A stretch of 64,000 nucleotides of DNA from Mytilus californianus (taxonomy: Eukaryota). The stretch is taken from assembly GCF_021869535.1 (NCBI RefSeq), contig NW_026262745.1, positions 33,480,001 through 33,544,000 on the forward strand, in the 5' to 3' direction. Numbering within the stretch: the stretch's first letter is position 1; the number at the start of each line of letters is the position of its first letter. Below the pieces are notes generated by a model. It was not told where the DNA came from, ran no database searches, and was given only the letters and a program-made list of their open reading frames with translations. Below, piece after piece: positions 1 through 14,300 of this stretch. A program made the position numbers and the translations under genes.

Positions 1-469
1 GACTCAGGAAAAAAATAATCATAGAAATTCAACATATTCATTTGTGATGTATGTTTCATTGAAAAGTGCAAAATGGACAACCACAGCACACAAAACTTAG
101 GTTGCCAGGTAATTTTACTAACCTTAATGTTCAAGTCTATCGTATCTGATATATTTTGAAATATTACTTGTAAAACGAAAGCGGAAGTACATTTGACTGT
201 AAACTGCAGATATAAATCAATTCTGGTCGTCTGGATTATCCGTTCCCCAAGAATAACTTTCTTAATGCAAAAATCTATTGCTTGCCCCCGGAGTCCGCAA
301 CAGTAGCTTCTTTGAGGATACAGGTTTTTTAAGTTGAATTTATCATGATCGGTACCGTATTTTTGATAAAACCAATATCTAAATTTCGCAGTCCCGTAGA
401 AATAGTCATGATCATTCTATGATCTTTGCAATTTCTTAACTCTCCACAGAGTCTGGTTGGGTTTAAAGA

Positions 470-665
470 TTAGAGAATAATGGGCAAAAAGTGCAGAATA
501 AAGGGCAAAAATATAAAGAATAGAGAATAATAGGGTGCTGAAATATGAAGAAAGAGAATAAGGTTCAAAGTAAATAAATAATAGAGAATAAGGTTCAAAG
601 TAAATAAAGAATAGAGAAAATTGTCTAAAAGGTTAAAGAATAAAGGAATGAAGGCCCCCATTCCA
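470..665. repeat. Low-complexity agagaataagg/agaata repeat block
   Basis: Short imperfect purine-rich repeats. These explain the F/L/I-rich 63-aa ORF on the minus strand. Confidence 0.6.
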
Positions 666-1853
666 TACTATACTCCATTGTCTGCCTTAAAAATGCATGT
701 CAAATCAAATTTTAGATAAAAGTTCCTTATGTGTATTTATTTTATTATCGATATTTAAGACCTTTAACATATATAAAATCTTTATTCTACTCCAGAAAAG
801 GACGGACGAAAATCTTCGAGGAGTTGGAATGAAACATCGCCGTCGCATGATTTGAAATTGAAACATTACAAGACCTTATTTTTACATGAATTTGGCTGTA
901 GTTTTAGAGGACCATGAATTCAATATTCAGATTCAAAACTGTTTTAGACTCATAAAAAGACCGGACAAAATGAATTCGGAAAAATGAAAACTAAAGGGGC
1001 GATTATGGTAGTCATATAACTACTCAAGTATTGAAATACTAATACATTCCTGGCTTTCAAAATGTGTAGGGTTTATGTTTTCCTCATGAAAGCAGATCGG
1101 ACGCACAATATTTACAAGGTGTTATTTTCATTATCATGAATGGTTATGAAAAAAGTTCACTATTAACTATGTACTATTTCAACTGTTTTACAAACGATTG
1201 TGCGAACATTGAGTTTTCTATAAAAAATGTCATGGCAAAATTTTTACACAAGATGTTATGAAATTGTGGTTTCTAAAAGTAGCCTTGCATCCACTCTTAA
1301 TATCGCGCCGGGAAAGCAATTGCGCTTAAACGACAGTGAGCTTCATGTCTAAAGGTGTTTGCTAGGACAAATCGTTGAATATTTCAATGACGTCGTGTCG
1401 GAAACTTAATGATGTGAAATGTTAAATCAAAGTTTAACTGAAGATTTAAGCCATTTTCTTTTGAATTGCCCAACTTATGATATTTAATGATAAAATGTAT
1501 TTGTTGGTTTTAACCATGCTTTTGAACCAAAATGTTAACATTTTATTTTTTATTCACCTGCTGCATGAAAAACTTTTTCAAAATAATAAGCGATAATGGA
1601 GGTTTTATAAAAGAAGAAATAGGGAGACAGTGTGACCCTTCTGATATGTAATACATGTCGAGGCTAAGAACACAATGACTGCAAACAATCCATGACAGAC
1701 ATTATGTACAATATTCTAGTAACTTAACAAACTATTGCCTTATATTATATAGTTTTAATGTATAAAAAATTATAAACTAGGCATAACAATTTGCATAACT
1801 ATAACAATTTTACAGCTTATCTAGTATATCAAAACAAATGAAAATATTTCTAT

Positions 1854-1968
1854 ATAAATTTCATGCGTCCGAAGCGCTTTTCTTGATTTACCTTCAACGG
1901 GAACGCTTAAAGCCGATATTTGATAAGCCAAGGATGAATTAGAACCGAAACGATTGAAGAGCTATATG
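1854..1968. mobile_element. High-copy interspersed repeat segment (ataaatttcatgcgtccgaagcgcttttc...)
   Basis: Diverged copies at about 9314-9427 and 30011-30095 in this window. Class not determined. Confidence 0.65.
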
Positions 1969-4900
1969 CAATATCTCTATTATTTTGTATATCATAATTA
2001 TGAAGCAATAAATATTATGTAACCTATTATTCTACATATTCTAATACTTTTATTGATTACTTTTAGTACTTCTTTCTATACTGTTAATAAAATGATGATA
2101 AATATTTCAATTGCATGTATTTTAACCTGTATTTGTATGTGTTAACAAAATATCTTGAAGACGCGCCGGGGTTCGTGTCCTCAATGTGAAGAGATGGTTT
2201 TCTAAATAAATATCTAATACATGTATGTATATTAATCAATGTAAGTGGTTTAAAAGATAAACATATGATATTTTGATAAATGAAGTCGATTGTAAAGTTA
2301 AAGCTAGAAGAGTACTAAGGTAATCAAACATATTTTGATTGAGAGAAGGCACTATTAGTACTTATTCAATATTGGTGACAGTTCGTTCGTTTGAACATAG
2401 GCGATACAACAGGCTTGTAGAGACAAAAGTTAACTAATCCAATTAAATTTGTATGCCAATGGTTTTAAAGCTACCGTATCTTTGGCTAAATGGAACAATA
2501 ATTAAAACATTTTAGGAGCTTTTAAAACTATTTCAGAGATCAATTTCGATGAATAGATAGAGTTGTTAATACAGAAGAAAAATCTCAAATCAAATATAAA
2601 TACTTCCCCACAATTCTTAATTAATTCTCGACGCTTTTGCATTCAAAGTTAAAGTAAGTTATATTTTCTTGGTTGTAATTTGACAAGATTAAATTGGAAA
2701 ACAAAACAAACCGACTTCAAAACAAGGATAAGTTATGTTAACAAAATTCGGGAATAGACCAATAGAACGACTGTTACTAATTTTCGTGTGCACAAAAAAA
2801 AATTGAATAACCAATGGAAAAAAAATTGTTTATTTTTACGTACTAAGTGTCAAAATCTTCTATTCACAAAACACACACTGCCTAATGGGCATCTTTCCTA
2901 TGAGAAAAAATAAGTATCTAATAAGAATAAGAAAATAAAACTGCGTAGAAAAAGTCGTGATTACTTTCTATGCAAAACCGGAACGAATTATGTATCTCTG
3001 TCTTATATCTTTAGCACTGCTTTAATTTTTTTCTTTGTTTATTTGTTATATTAATTGCCCTGGGAATTAAAAAAAAACAGATATACTTTGATTCATGTGT
3101 ACTGTTACTGAAATATTATAAAAAGGGAAATAAGAAATAATAAAATCAGAAATCCTAAAGCCTTTGGATACATTTATTAAGGTAAGTGATTGAATACACA
3201 AAATAGAGGAATCTCTTTTTTTTTTTTTTTACATTTTACAATTAATAAACATAAATCAATGATATTCGTCCAATTATGTTTATTATCATTTTTGTTTATT
3301 TGTTTATTTATATATTTATATAGTGTTTCTTCAGTAATGTACATAATTATATATTTGAAATAAACTTAACATAAGAATATACACAAATGTTAAAAGTCTA
3401 GCGCTTTCATCCTTCATGGGACTTATCAACGTCTTTTAACATTTGTGTTTATTTTTATATTAATTCACATATAAACGAACGCACAGGGAACACTTGTGTA
3501 CAAAAGTTTTTTTTTTAAATCAACATAGATTGAAATAGTACCAGACGCAAGCGGTCGTCACCGAATCAAAGAAAAGGCTATACAATTGCTATTCTACATA
3601 TTACCTTATAACTGCATGCTACACGCGGGCCTCGTTCAAAATAATGTTTCTCAAACTAAACCCAGAGAACACAAACACTCTTGTTATTTCATTTAAGGTA
3701 CAAAATTGGTAATCTGATATTATTTCAAATTTCATTTTTTTACGGCTGTATCATCGTTTTTTCATCAAACGAGGAAATTATCTCTGATAAACAGCATGTA
3801 TAATGTACAATTCAAAAGAAATGGTTTGATTTAAGCTAGCAACCTTAAACAGAAAGCCTTTTAATTAATAACAGACAACAAAAACTCATCAAAGATACCA
3901 AGCTTATACTTGTGCAGGCCTGACGCTCGTTCGTCTACTCAACAGTGATGCTAGTTTAAAAAACAGTTGGAAGGTCAAATTAAATACTAAGTTAAATAGT
4001 ATTCAAAACCGAAAATTCCAAAAAGTTGTGCCAAAGCCAAGGCAATATATCTGGGGGAAGAAATACCTTAATGTCTAGGAGAATTCAACATTTTATAAAT
4101 AGTAAGTTTACAGAAAAATGTAACACAAATGAAAAAATCAAAAACAAAATAACATTGTTTTATTACTGCTCTTCGCGCATCTCAAAGTCCAAGTGAGGCC
4201 TTCGACATAGAGAAAAACTCTAACCTCACTGCAAGTTCAAGACTGACCCTACCAACGGTTTATTATACATGTTTTTGAGCGCTTAACCCTTCCCAATACA
4301 TGGAAAATGTTCTTATCGTACAGTTATACAGACTGTAAAAATCAGTTGATATTGACATCGGATCGTTACCAAGCAACAACAAAAAACAACAAACAAAATG
4401 ATATAAAACACAGAGCTCTATGTTTTGTCTTCCTCTTTCATCTTCTCAAGAGTATTCCATATTTTTATTACCGTGTACCGTGTACAGCTTACTATATTGT
4501 GTTTTGCCTTTTTTTTACTACCGAAGGCCCTTTAGTAAGCTGTTAATCTGAGATATCTATTTTCGTCCTTTGTTTTTGAATAGAATGGTTGACTATTTTT
4601 GAATTATACAACACATTCTCATTTTTACTTCGTATAAATGAATAAATGAATAAATGAAGCAATCATGATTGGACAATACAAATACACTTTCTTCAAAAAA
4701 TTTAAGATAGTCATTCAAAAAATAAGAAGTTCTTTACGTATAGATTTCAACAACAGCGGGAAATAAGCGAAAAGTATATTTTAACCAAAGTTTCCCTAAC
4801 AAGAAAGAAATTGATGGATTTTCCCCCGAATTCATTTAATTTGACTTTGCACCTAGAAACATGCACACTTAAACACTAACAACTGCTATTTAACTTCATA

Positions 4901-6479
4901 AATATTGATTTCCTAGCTTGCACATAAAATCTGAAAGTATTTGATTGATATCTGCATTACGTAAATAATAACAGCTTTGAAACAACCATTAAGGAACTAA
5001 TGATCATGATTTGTGACAACATTTTAAATATTTTTCGTGTGTAAATACATTAAATTTTGATATTCTCTTATATTCATTGATTAAATGATTGTTGCTTGAT
5101 TAACGTTCAGTGGCAAAGATATCAGGAGTAGAGCAAATTAAACAATAACATAGGTTCTCTAATGCGAGTTGACTGTGGTTGGTGGTGGGAATGGGACTGC
5201 GAATAGGAGATAATGGCATGTTGTATATGGTCAAAAATAATGCCTTGCAACAGGTCACATACTGAACATACATGACACCCCAAAGAGTTGTTGGGAGCAT
5301 GTTACTCTCCAATTACGGAACATCGGATTAAAATTCCCCTTTAACGAACGGGCGTGGTTGCATATTTGTTCATCCCTCATTTATAACCAAACGGGACCCC
5401 ACTCTCAGCCTCGGTCTTAATACCGGATGTTAGAAGTCTAGGTGACAATTTTGCTACACACATTTCACGTATGTTCAAACTAGTATCTGCTTTTAATTCT
5501 TGGGAATTGTAGATGTACTTTTATTTACGAAAATGATAAAGAACAACGTAGTATGTGTTCTAAATACCTCCAAAGTTCATAGGATCCCTTAGGTGTGTAA
5601 ATCTGATTGTTTATACATTATACATAAGCTTTCTGTATGCTATTAGTGTTAAATTAAAATATTTGTAGTTTTATAGTTGTTTGGAAATTATCATTCCCCA
5701 AGGTGAATTTAAGAATATTTCTTTAGATTTTATCAAATATCTACAATATCGTGAACTGAATGAAACATGAATAATTCAATTGTGTTTTAGAAAATAGTTT
5801 TTCGACAACTTTTCAACGGTAACAATATGTTACCTCTAAATCGGAGTAAAAAGAGATTACCATGCATCAAACTTCAAGGTGTGAACACCATGTAGTACTT
5901 TTTGCGCAACTATTTTCTACTTGAATATTTTCTTTGTATTGCTATTATTTGATTTCATTCTATCTGTTTTAGATCTAAAAAATTTGTTAAAAGTCATTAA
6001 CTATGAAAACATAATTGTTTTTAAAGAATTAAGAATTAAACATCTAGGTGCGAGCACCATGCAGTATTTTTTTGTGTAAACCTTTCTTTTTTTAGTTGCA
6101 TATTTTTCTTTTTATTAATATCATCTGACTGAAAGTCATTTATTTCATATGATTTAGATTAAAATAATTTTGACAATATTCATTGCTATGAAAAGAACAA
6201 AATGTTAAAGGATAGTATCCCCGAATTAAACTTCATACTATATTTCGTTATTATTAAAATGTTCTTAGAGAGTTATTGAACAAACATGAGAATTGTTTAC
6301 TTTTTACCTTTCCTGTCTGTCCATCAGTTTCTAAGTACACATTTTTATTATTCTATGTGCCTTTCAGGTGAGCTTTGCTAAATTTGCAGTCACCCTGTCT
6401 TATTCAGGATAGCTTTTTGGATTCTTGGACAATATTTATCTACATTGTATATATGTAAATATATTTGCAGAACTAGAAA

Positions 6480-7032
6480 ATGGCATTTGAGGTTAAAGGC
6501 TTGTTAACACTGGTAGTAGTGGCATCTGTATATATTTTACCATGTGAATCACTCAATCATGACATCAAAGGTAAGCAGAATAAAACTTATTAAATGATCG
6601 TTTTTAATCGTGTAAATATAGTGTATGTAAAATGAGTCTTAATGTCATGCCTTATTTGTAGCAAAATCCGTTAAAGAATATTCATTTCATATCTTTAAAT
6701 TGATCATTTTGATTGTTTTGTTTTTGCACTTAATATTTTCTGATTACGATATTAACACATTTTCACCATTCTATTCTTTCATCTCAGAGAACTATACACA
6801 GTGTTGGGACAGTACAGTAATTTTGTCATCTTGGGTTTGGGATTGTGATTGTGACTGTAAATCTTGTGAAGACGAACTCGTTTGTTCTGGTAAGAAACAT
6901 TATAACATAGAAAATTAACATTGAATGTTTAATAGTCAGTGTATATAGATTACAAATTCCAATTGTTTTACATACTAACATTTTCGATATACAGACTTGA
7001 GAAAGAAGAATTCAAAAATGAAACCTTGTTAA
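6480..7032 (+). CDS. Small secreted cysteine-rich peptide, 3 coding exons: join(6480..6570,6788..6889,6995..7032), 76 aa
   Basis: ATG at 6480 follows an acceptor (tttgcag, 6470). Exon 1 MAFEVKGLLTLVVVASVYILPCESLNHDIK is signal-peptide-like and ends G|gtaagc (phase 1). Exon 2 (tctcag|; ENYTQCWDSTVILSSWVWDCDCDCKSCEDELVCS) ends G|gtaaga (phase 1). Exon 3 has a branch-like tactaac and acag|, reads DLRKKNSKMKPC and stops at TAA 7030-7032. All phases match. Family not recognised. Confidence 0.7.
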
Positions 7033-7849
7033 AATTAAAAAAAAATATAGGCAAATATTGTTTAGTCCAAAATGATTCCCTGTGCTTTTATTAAAGCATT
7101 TTTTTACTTATCTCCATTGACTATCAATTCTGCTCTTAAAAACGTGTCTTTTTATAACGTAGGAAAGACTTATATTATTATTATATATTATTATTATTAT
7201 TATATATTATTTGGCCTTTGATATAATGCACAGTACACGGAGTGTCTAGTATTATAAAGATATTGACTGCACACAACGACCAATCAGGATAAATCATTAA
7301 ATTACGAAATCTGCCATTTTTCCTTGAAAGAAAGTCACTACAAGTTCTTCTAGCTCGATACTTGAACTGTGGTGATTTCTTTTTAATATATCTATTCTAC
7401 AAATTAAGTCCTTTTTAGAATCATTCCTGTAATCAAACATAAATAACTTTCATCTAAACATTGATCCAATTTTTTTTTAGTTTATAATTCCAATATGATC
7501 AGTTTGAGATTGACGAAACTTCAGGAAAACGATAACTTTAATTTAATTTTTTTCTAAAAAACTTGTTTCCATCTGACGGTGTTTGTTTTTTTTTCTTCAA
7601 GCGAAAACGGAATTAAATAGAACATGAATTAATCACAGTACGAAACACAGTTTTTTGTAGTCATTTACAAAAAGAGTATAGCCTAAAGGACTTTTTGGTT
7701 TGTTTGTTTTTTTGTTTTTGTTTATTTGTTGTTTTGAAATCTTTATGGTTTGATGTAGAAAAAAATGTTCATCAAAACGATTATAGATGGTACAGATATT
7801 GAATGAAATGTTTATTCTTGCTATGGATTTTGTCGTCCATCTGTCAAAG

Positions 7850-9010
7850 TATAAAAAGACAGTTGAGCAAATATATACAAACCTTCTTTGACCTCGTCAC
7901 ATATTTATGTACAAGAGGTGGAAGATACAAAGGACTCATAAGTCGAGATAAACTGACAACGCCACTGTAGGTCCAGATTCGGTAATGAGACTTATTCGGC
8001 GATGTCACAGCCGAGGAAAAGAGTACGGGATTGTGTTTACGACAATTGGAACATATCCGTTGTCGTCTGTGACACAGATTTCCATCCATAACGGTTAACC
8101 AACTTGTGATGGCGTCGAATCTTTCGAAAGAATGACTTTAACTTTACCATCTTGAACACATGGTTCAAAAGCTTCCTTGTAAGCAGAAACCCTCTCAAGG
8201 AGTTATGTTTGGAAACTAAAGCTTTTGAATATCGGATCAAAATATCGAATATATATACTCCGTATGCAGGTATACTAGTATATGTAAATTTTCAAACGGC
8301 CGATATATATTTCTTTGAAAATGCAGTGTCTATGGGAGATTTGTTCCTTTTACATTGTGATGCAGACCTCCTACAGGAGCTTCTCTGGAGAATGAAGTTG
8401 CATTATCATTCAACGTGATTTTCAGCTATAAAACCGATGTCCTATCATTGAATAATGCAAACTTTGATGATTATGCCAATTGTATCTATCCAATTGAACT
8501 TGAAATATCGGTATCACGGACACACACATCTTTCACATAGAAACTTTGAAATGTAGATTGATTGAGAAATAAACTTTACGAAAAAAACATATGATTTCTT
8601 TTTTCCAATTAATAAGTTTCCATTTATGTGAAGCAACATTCATTGTCTATCATTTCTTTTGAGCATTCGTTTGATTTCATTCAAACTTTCACATTTATTC
8701 AAATCTAAGAGTTTACATGATTCGCGGATTTGGTAATGCCTCATGTTAGACAATGGACATATACCACCCTACTATTGTATGCCTTACCACCAGAAATGAC
8801 TCATGAACGTATTTAAACACGATTAAAACGGCGTTTGTTACGTTAACCATATTTCATTTGAAAAGAAGGAAGGATACATTAAGGTGACTTTTGTATACCG
8901 ATGTTCAAATCTCGTAAATCGATTAGGAATACAAACCAAGGTAACACACAGAAACTGAGGGAATCGCATGAACTCCAAAAGGAGCGAGACAGGGTGCGTC
9001 GACAGGGTAA
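7850..9010 (+). mobile_element. Highly degenerate Penelope-like RT remnant
   Basis: Frameshifted traces DLFLLHCDADLLQELL / SFNVIFSY..DVLSLNNANF..IYPIELEI / KLYEK..DFFFPINKFPF resemble the RT C-terminal half of the family seen at 22.7-23.6 kb. Its 5' part shares sequence with about 14090-14250 (opposite ends of the same element family). Confidence 0.55.
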
Positions 9011-9905
9011 GTGTCTCTTGATCGAATCACCCACATCCCAATTCACACCATATGTTTATCAAAAATAGAACTTGTTTTCTTTACAAACAGTATAATATCA
9101 TATATATTTTGCATTTGTCACTAATGGACTTTGAAATGCTGGCACCTCCGGAGCATTTGTATTCACTCAGGTTTTTGGAGGGTTTCGGGATTTCAAACTT
9201 TTGTTGATGGTATTTTGCGAAATCTCCTTTGTCTTTTCTTCGTTTTTTGTTGGCAATGATATTGTTTGTTTTCGTCGACTTTTGGTCATTATAAAAAATA
9301 AAAACAACACGTTATAAATTTCATGCGTCCGAGGCGCTTTTCTGCATTTACCTTCATCAGGAACGCTCAATGCCAAATATTTGATAGCCAAGGATGTATA
9401 AGAACCGAAACAGTTGAAGAGCTATAATGGAATCCCTCTTTTAAAAACTTTATTTGGAATTTCATCTTCACTTTAGGCGCCTGTCAATCTTTGAAGTCTT
9501 GGCTTGCAAATGAGTACGTTGGTGATCTTCGCAGTGATTTGTTTGGTTTCTGAGTCGTTAAAGTTTAAACTGCATCTAATTTCATTGCTGTACAAGAGAG
9601 GCGAAAGATACCAAAAGGACATTCAAACTTATAAGTCGATTAAAAACTGACAACGCCATGGCTAAAAAAGAAATTATTAACAAACAAACAATAGAACCCA
9701 AAACACAACATAGAAAACTAAAGACTAAGCAAACACGAACCCCACCAAAAACTGGTGGGGGGGGGGGGGGGGAGGTAATTTCTCATGTTTAACCTACATC
9801 TAATTTAACCGGGATTATATTTGTTTGTCATAGATACTCATGTGATTTCTCTCTTTTAAAAAATATTAACACAGTTTTTTAATCAAATTTGAATATATTT
9901 TCTAG

Positions 9906-10120
9906 TCCTAGGTTACAACTCCAAATCACAGCAAAATAGTCTTCATGACGGAGTGCAAAAGGTGATTGGAAAAGTCGATGGGATTGGAATCAAATCAAAA
10001 CAGCTTGGAAGGGTTTCACGCAGAACTGGTAATTTGAGTATTAAAGCACAGGAACTGAACAGAGCGCTCGAAGCTATTAGAGATACTCAACGTTACAGAG
10101 GGATGAATGAGGGAGACTGA
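9906..10120 (+). CDS. Candidate alternative or true terminal exon of the Cys-rich peptide gene
   Basis: Acceptors ttttctag| (9905) and tcctag| (9911) are in the same frame. Read in phase 1 the exon is open for about 70 codons (..GYNSKSQQNSLHDGVQKVIGKVDGIGIKSKQLGRVSRRTGNLSIKAQELNRALEAIRDTQRYRGMNEGD) to TGA 10118-10120, and an AATAAA lies about 120 nt downstream. It is less AT-rich than its flanks. Linkage to the upstream exons is inferred only from phase compatibility. Confidence 0.45.
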
Positions 10121-10599
10121 GTAACAATAAATATACTAAATAATGCTTTACTCAGACGTCAGAGAACTTGAAAGAAAATGACGAAGGTTCAACTTGAAAA
10201 TGTATTGCTTGTACAGCTACAGTATTGTAATTTATGTAAATAAACCTGTTACACAATTTCATTCAGTCATTTAATGTTGTTGAATTTTTTTTTATTCGTC
10301 TCAATTATTTACGCCTTGGTGAATTTGATCCGATATGGCAATTATTCTTACCCTATGTTGACTTCTATAAATTGAAAATACTCCATCACAAATATAAAGA
10401 AGCAAGACCTCAATTATTACTTTTAAAATTTTACGGATAACTGCTTGTTCCTTAAAATGTTTCATGTTTCACCTGTCCACTATTGTCAATCTGAAGATTA
10501 ACAGTTGACGGTTACCAGAAGTGGATCTGTTTACTTGCCCTTCTGGAGCATCCGGAGCACCTCAAAATCTTCATTTTGTCATTTAGTGTTTTATAGACT

Positions 10600-10875
10600 T
10601 GTTTGTCTTTTCGTCGTCTATCGATTTTTGCAATGGCGTCGCCAGTTTGTCTTTTCGTCCTCTATTGATTTTTGCAATGGCGTCGCCAGTTTGTCTTTTC
10701 GTCGTCTATTGATTTTTGCAATGGCGTCGCCAGTTTGTCTTTTCGTCCTCTATTGATTTTTGCAATGGCGTCGCCAGTTTGTCTTTTCGTCCTCTATCGA
10801 TTTTTGCAATTGCGTCCCCAGTTTGTCTTTTCGTCCTTTATCGATTTTTGCAATGGCGTCGCCAGTTTGTCTTTG
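10600..10875. repeat. 44-bp minisatellite, about 6 copies
   Basis: Unit gatttttgcaatggcgtcgccagtttgtcttttcgtcctctatt recurs at 10623, 10667, 10711, 10755, 10799 and 10843. It sits within a retroelement-tail-type repeat. Confidence 0.92.
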
Positions 10876-11354
10876 ACTTATGAGTTTGGAATTTCCCTTT
10901 GTATCTTCCGTTTCTTTTTTTAATCATTTTACTGTCTTTGATACTTTGTCTTGCCACTTGAAATAACTTGGAATTGTGTGAAGGATGATGCACGAATATC
11001 AGGAGAGGGTAACAATAGCTGTCGACTTCATGTTTTACAAAAGTGTTTACTTGTTTAATGTTCTTCAGCTTTTTAATTATTTTGGCCTTCAAATTGTTTT
11101 AATGGAGACACCACAGATGATTTTTTTTTACTAATCTTGCGTCTGGCATATAACATTATACGCCTAGTATTTTTGAAGAGTTTTACTACTGTTGTTGTTA
11201 TTTATATGAATACGATAAGGATCGACATACCTGCATTATATTGAAATTTGATGGTTTTATCAATAGAATCAAATTTTGCTTAATACTAAATGTCAATAGT
11301 GGAACAACGACATATGTTTCATACATTTATGGGATGATATTTATCCTACCACAA

Positions 11355-14300
11355 ATGATAAGGTTAAAACATAAACGGGTAATCAAGGTTGTCACTACGG
11401 TGATTGCATTGTTTGTTGGAGTGTACTTAATTTATAAAATCAAATATGGTAAGTAAAACGTACTTATCATTTATGACATACACTGTATTTAAATTGAAAA
11501 GGTACCTTACACTTCAGCTGGAACTTAATTGGATACTGGTTGGCAAACTTTTATTTGATCTTATGAAAAGTTGATTTTCAGACCTTTGCATAATTATACC
11601 CCACACCGAAGGTGAGTTTAATGAACTGTTTGTATCCTTGGACATTTATGATCTATCTACTCTATATACTCCACTTTCACATCATCTAACAAGTAAATGT
11701 TTTGTCCTCAATGCTAACTGGGGAATAGAAAAATGGATACTATGGTCTTCTTCCGACCGGCAGTAAAACCCTTGCCAAAGGTTTGTGTTCGTTTGGCTGT
11801 GCGGGCTGTACGAATATCTAGTCACGTCTGGTCAGAATGTGGACGTTTAATCCGATGCATCGTGTAGAGAGATTTCCATGCTTTTTGCACGTTAAGAACC
11901 CTTTCAACAACTCTTTTAGGGGTCGGTAGGTAGCCAGTTGCAAGGCAAAATATGTCCCTATCTACTATACCCTCATTTTCCAGTGGAAATCAAATTTCTC
12001 CGAACTTCATTCTGGATGGCATCTAATAAGGACCTATCTTTTGTATTATTGTTAATTTTTTCTCGTCTTGAACATGCATGAAATATTTTCCATTGGACGT
12101 TTAGCAACCAACAATCAAACAATCAAATGTTTTCTTTCAAAACGGAGTACATCTATATTCGTTGAAGCGTGACAATACCTTATATGGCAATACAACATAC
12201 AAAAACAAATAAATTGGACATGCCAAGAAAAAAAAGGTTTGGTGATCAAGTTGTACTCTATATTCCGGTAAGGAATTACTTATAGCAGATTTGTTCCTAT
12301 ACTGCCATAAAATAGTTTAAAGATTAACTTTATTTTAAAAAGCACGAAATATAAGATAGATACTTTTAACAAAACCTGCAGATATTTAGACATAAAGATT
12401 TTTCTATGGTTACAGATGAGATGTATCCTTCTACAATTACCATATAAACACCGAATGTGATCACTGTTACTTTTTAGAACGAACAACAAACGAACTTATT
12501 GTCGATAGAGCTGATGTTTTCTGTATGCTACAATTGGTCTATAATTTAAAGCTTTTGAAATTTTTGAAAACTTTTATTAAAGAATGACATGCAACATTCC
12601 CGTCACCCTAGGCCTGAAGTCAATTCAAATACTAGTAATTCGTATCAAAGATGTTTCATTTCAACACAAAATTGCTATCTATTGGGCTAGTGATGGGGAC
12701 GAAACATCCACCAGCAGTATAATCGACACATTGGGTGTCAAATTTATTGATGACACAATGCTTATCATTTTTGGTCTACATAAACACATCAGAGGTTTTC
12801 GTATCAAAATAATTGGAAAGACAAATCAAGAACGAAGTTGATGAGCGTTAAAAAACTACAAGAGGTTGTGCCAAATACGGCCACGGCCTTCTACGCCTGA
12901 GGTAGAAAATCCATATTGTTTCGAATGATGTAATGTTTTAAAATTAGTAGCATTACAATAAATGACCTTATCAATGTTATATCATGTCACCACAGACATA
13001 CTGAGTACAGGGCTAATGATACCCTGGCGGATACAAAGTCAACCAGCAGTGGTACCAAGGTATAAACCATGACCAAGTTCTTTCCAGGACAAGCTCTAGT
13101 TTTATCAATGAAGTCAACATCTGTAATACGAACTGAACTGATATTATAAGAATTTACACCTATTTATCTCGCTCAAAAGGAAATTAATAAGCAACATGTG
13201 TTTTAACAGTTATAAACAACTTAAACAAATATGACGATTTCATTGATAATTCATTCGTGTCAAAAATGAAAATCACAATATGTGCATATCGGTAATTTAT
13301 CTGTCATTGGTGCTTAAATTTAAATATGGGAAATCCGATATTATTTTAATATAATGTTGAAAAGCAATAAACTTTAAAAAAAAAAAAAAAAGAAAAAGAA
13401 GCACAAATGAGGATATAGAAACCAGCTAGAATACATCTGGACATCAATAGGTCAACTTTACAGTTAAACCAATTTTGAACTGATACTGGAAGGTCTATTT
13501 CATACCTGGATGTGGGTAATGAACCATTACAATAAACTTATTAATATAATTGTATACGTCAGACATGCGTTTCGTCTACAAAAGTTCCAGTGACGTTCGA
13601 ACAAAAAGATTTTATAAAAAGGAAAAATAAAGTACGAAGTTGAAGAGCATTGAGGGCCCAAAATTTCCAGAATATTTTGCCAATTGCAAATAAGGTAATC
13701 TTTTCCTGGGGTAGAAAATCCTTAGCATTTCGTAGATTCTAAGTTTGTAAACAGTTAAAAGAGAAGCGAAATATACAAAAGGGACATTCACACTCACAAG
13801 CGGAAGATAATAAAGGGATAATCAAACTGTCGAAAAAAATAACAATAGCATGGCAAAAAAACAAACTTCCAAAAGACAAACAACAGTATACAAAACACAA
13901 CATGGAAAACCAAAGACTGGACAACATCAACCCCACCAAAAACCAGGGGTGATTTCAGGTGCTCTGCAAGGGATAGCAGATCCTGTTCCACATCTGCTAT
14001 CCGTCGTGTTGCTCGTGTTAGTACAAACCCGGTGATAAGTAATAAATTAAATTCGGCAGGTCACATTCGAGAAAAAGAGGTCGTGATTGTTGTTACGACA
14101 ATTGGAACATATCCGTCGTCATCTGTGAAACAGATATTCTATAACGGTCAACTCATGATGATTCCGTAAAATTGTCAAAGGGATGATTTCAACTTCACTA
14201 CTTAGAACTTTTTTTTGTTTTATAGCTTCCTTGTAAGCAGCGACGACATATCAAGAAAATCATGATAGGAAATGCAAGCTCTGGAATAACGTATCAACTG

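Noticed and set aside
10505-11092. Overlapping 83-84 aa ORFs
   Set aside because: Produced by the 44-bp minisatellite and its host repeat. The repeat is not CRISPR-like: units are contiguous with no unique spacers.
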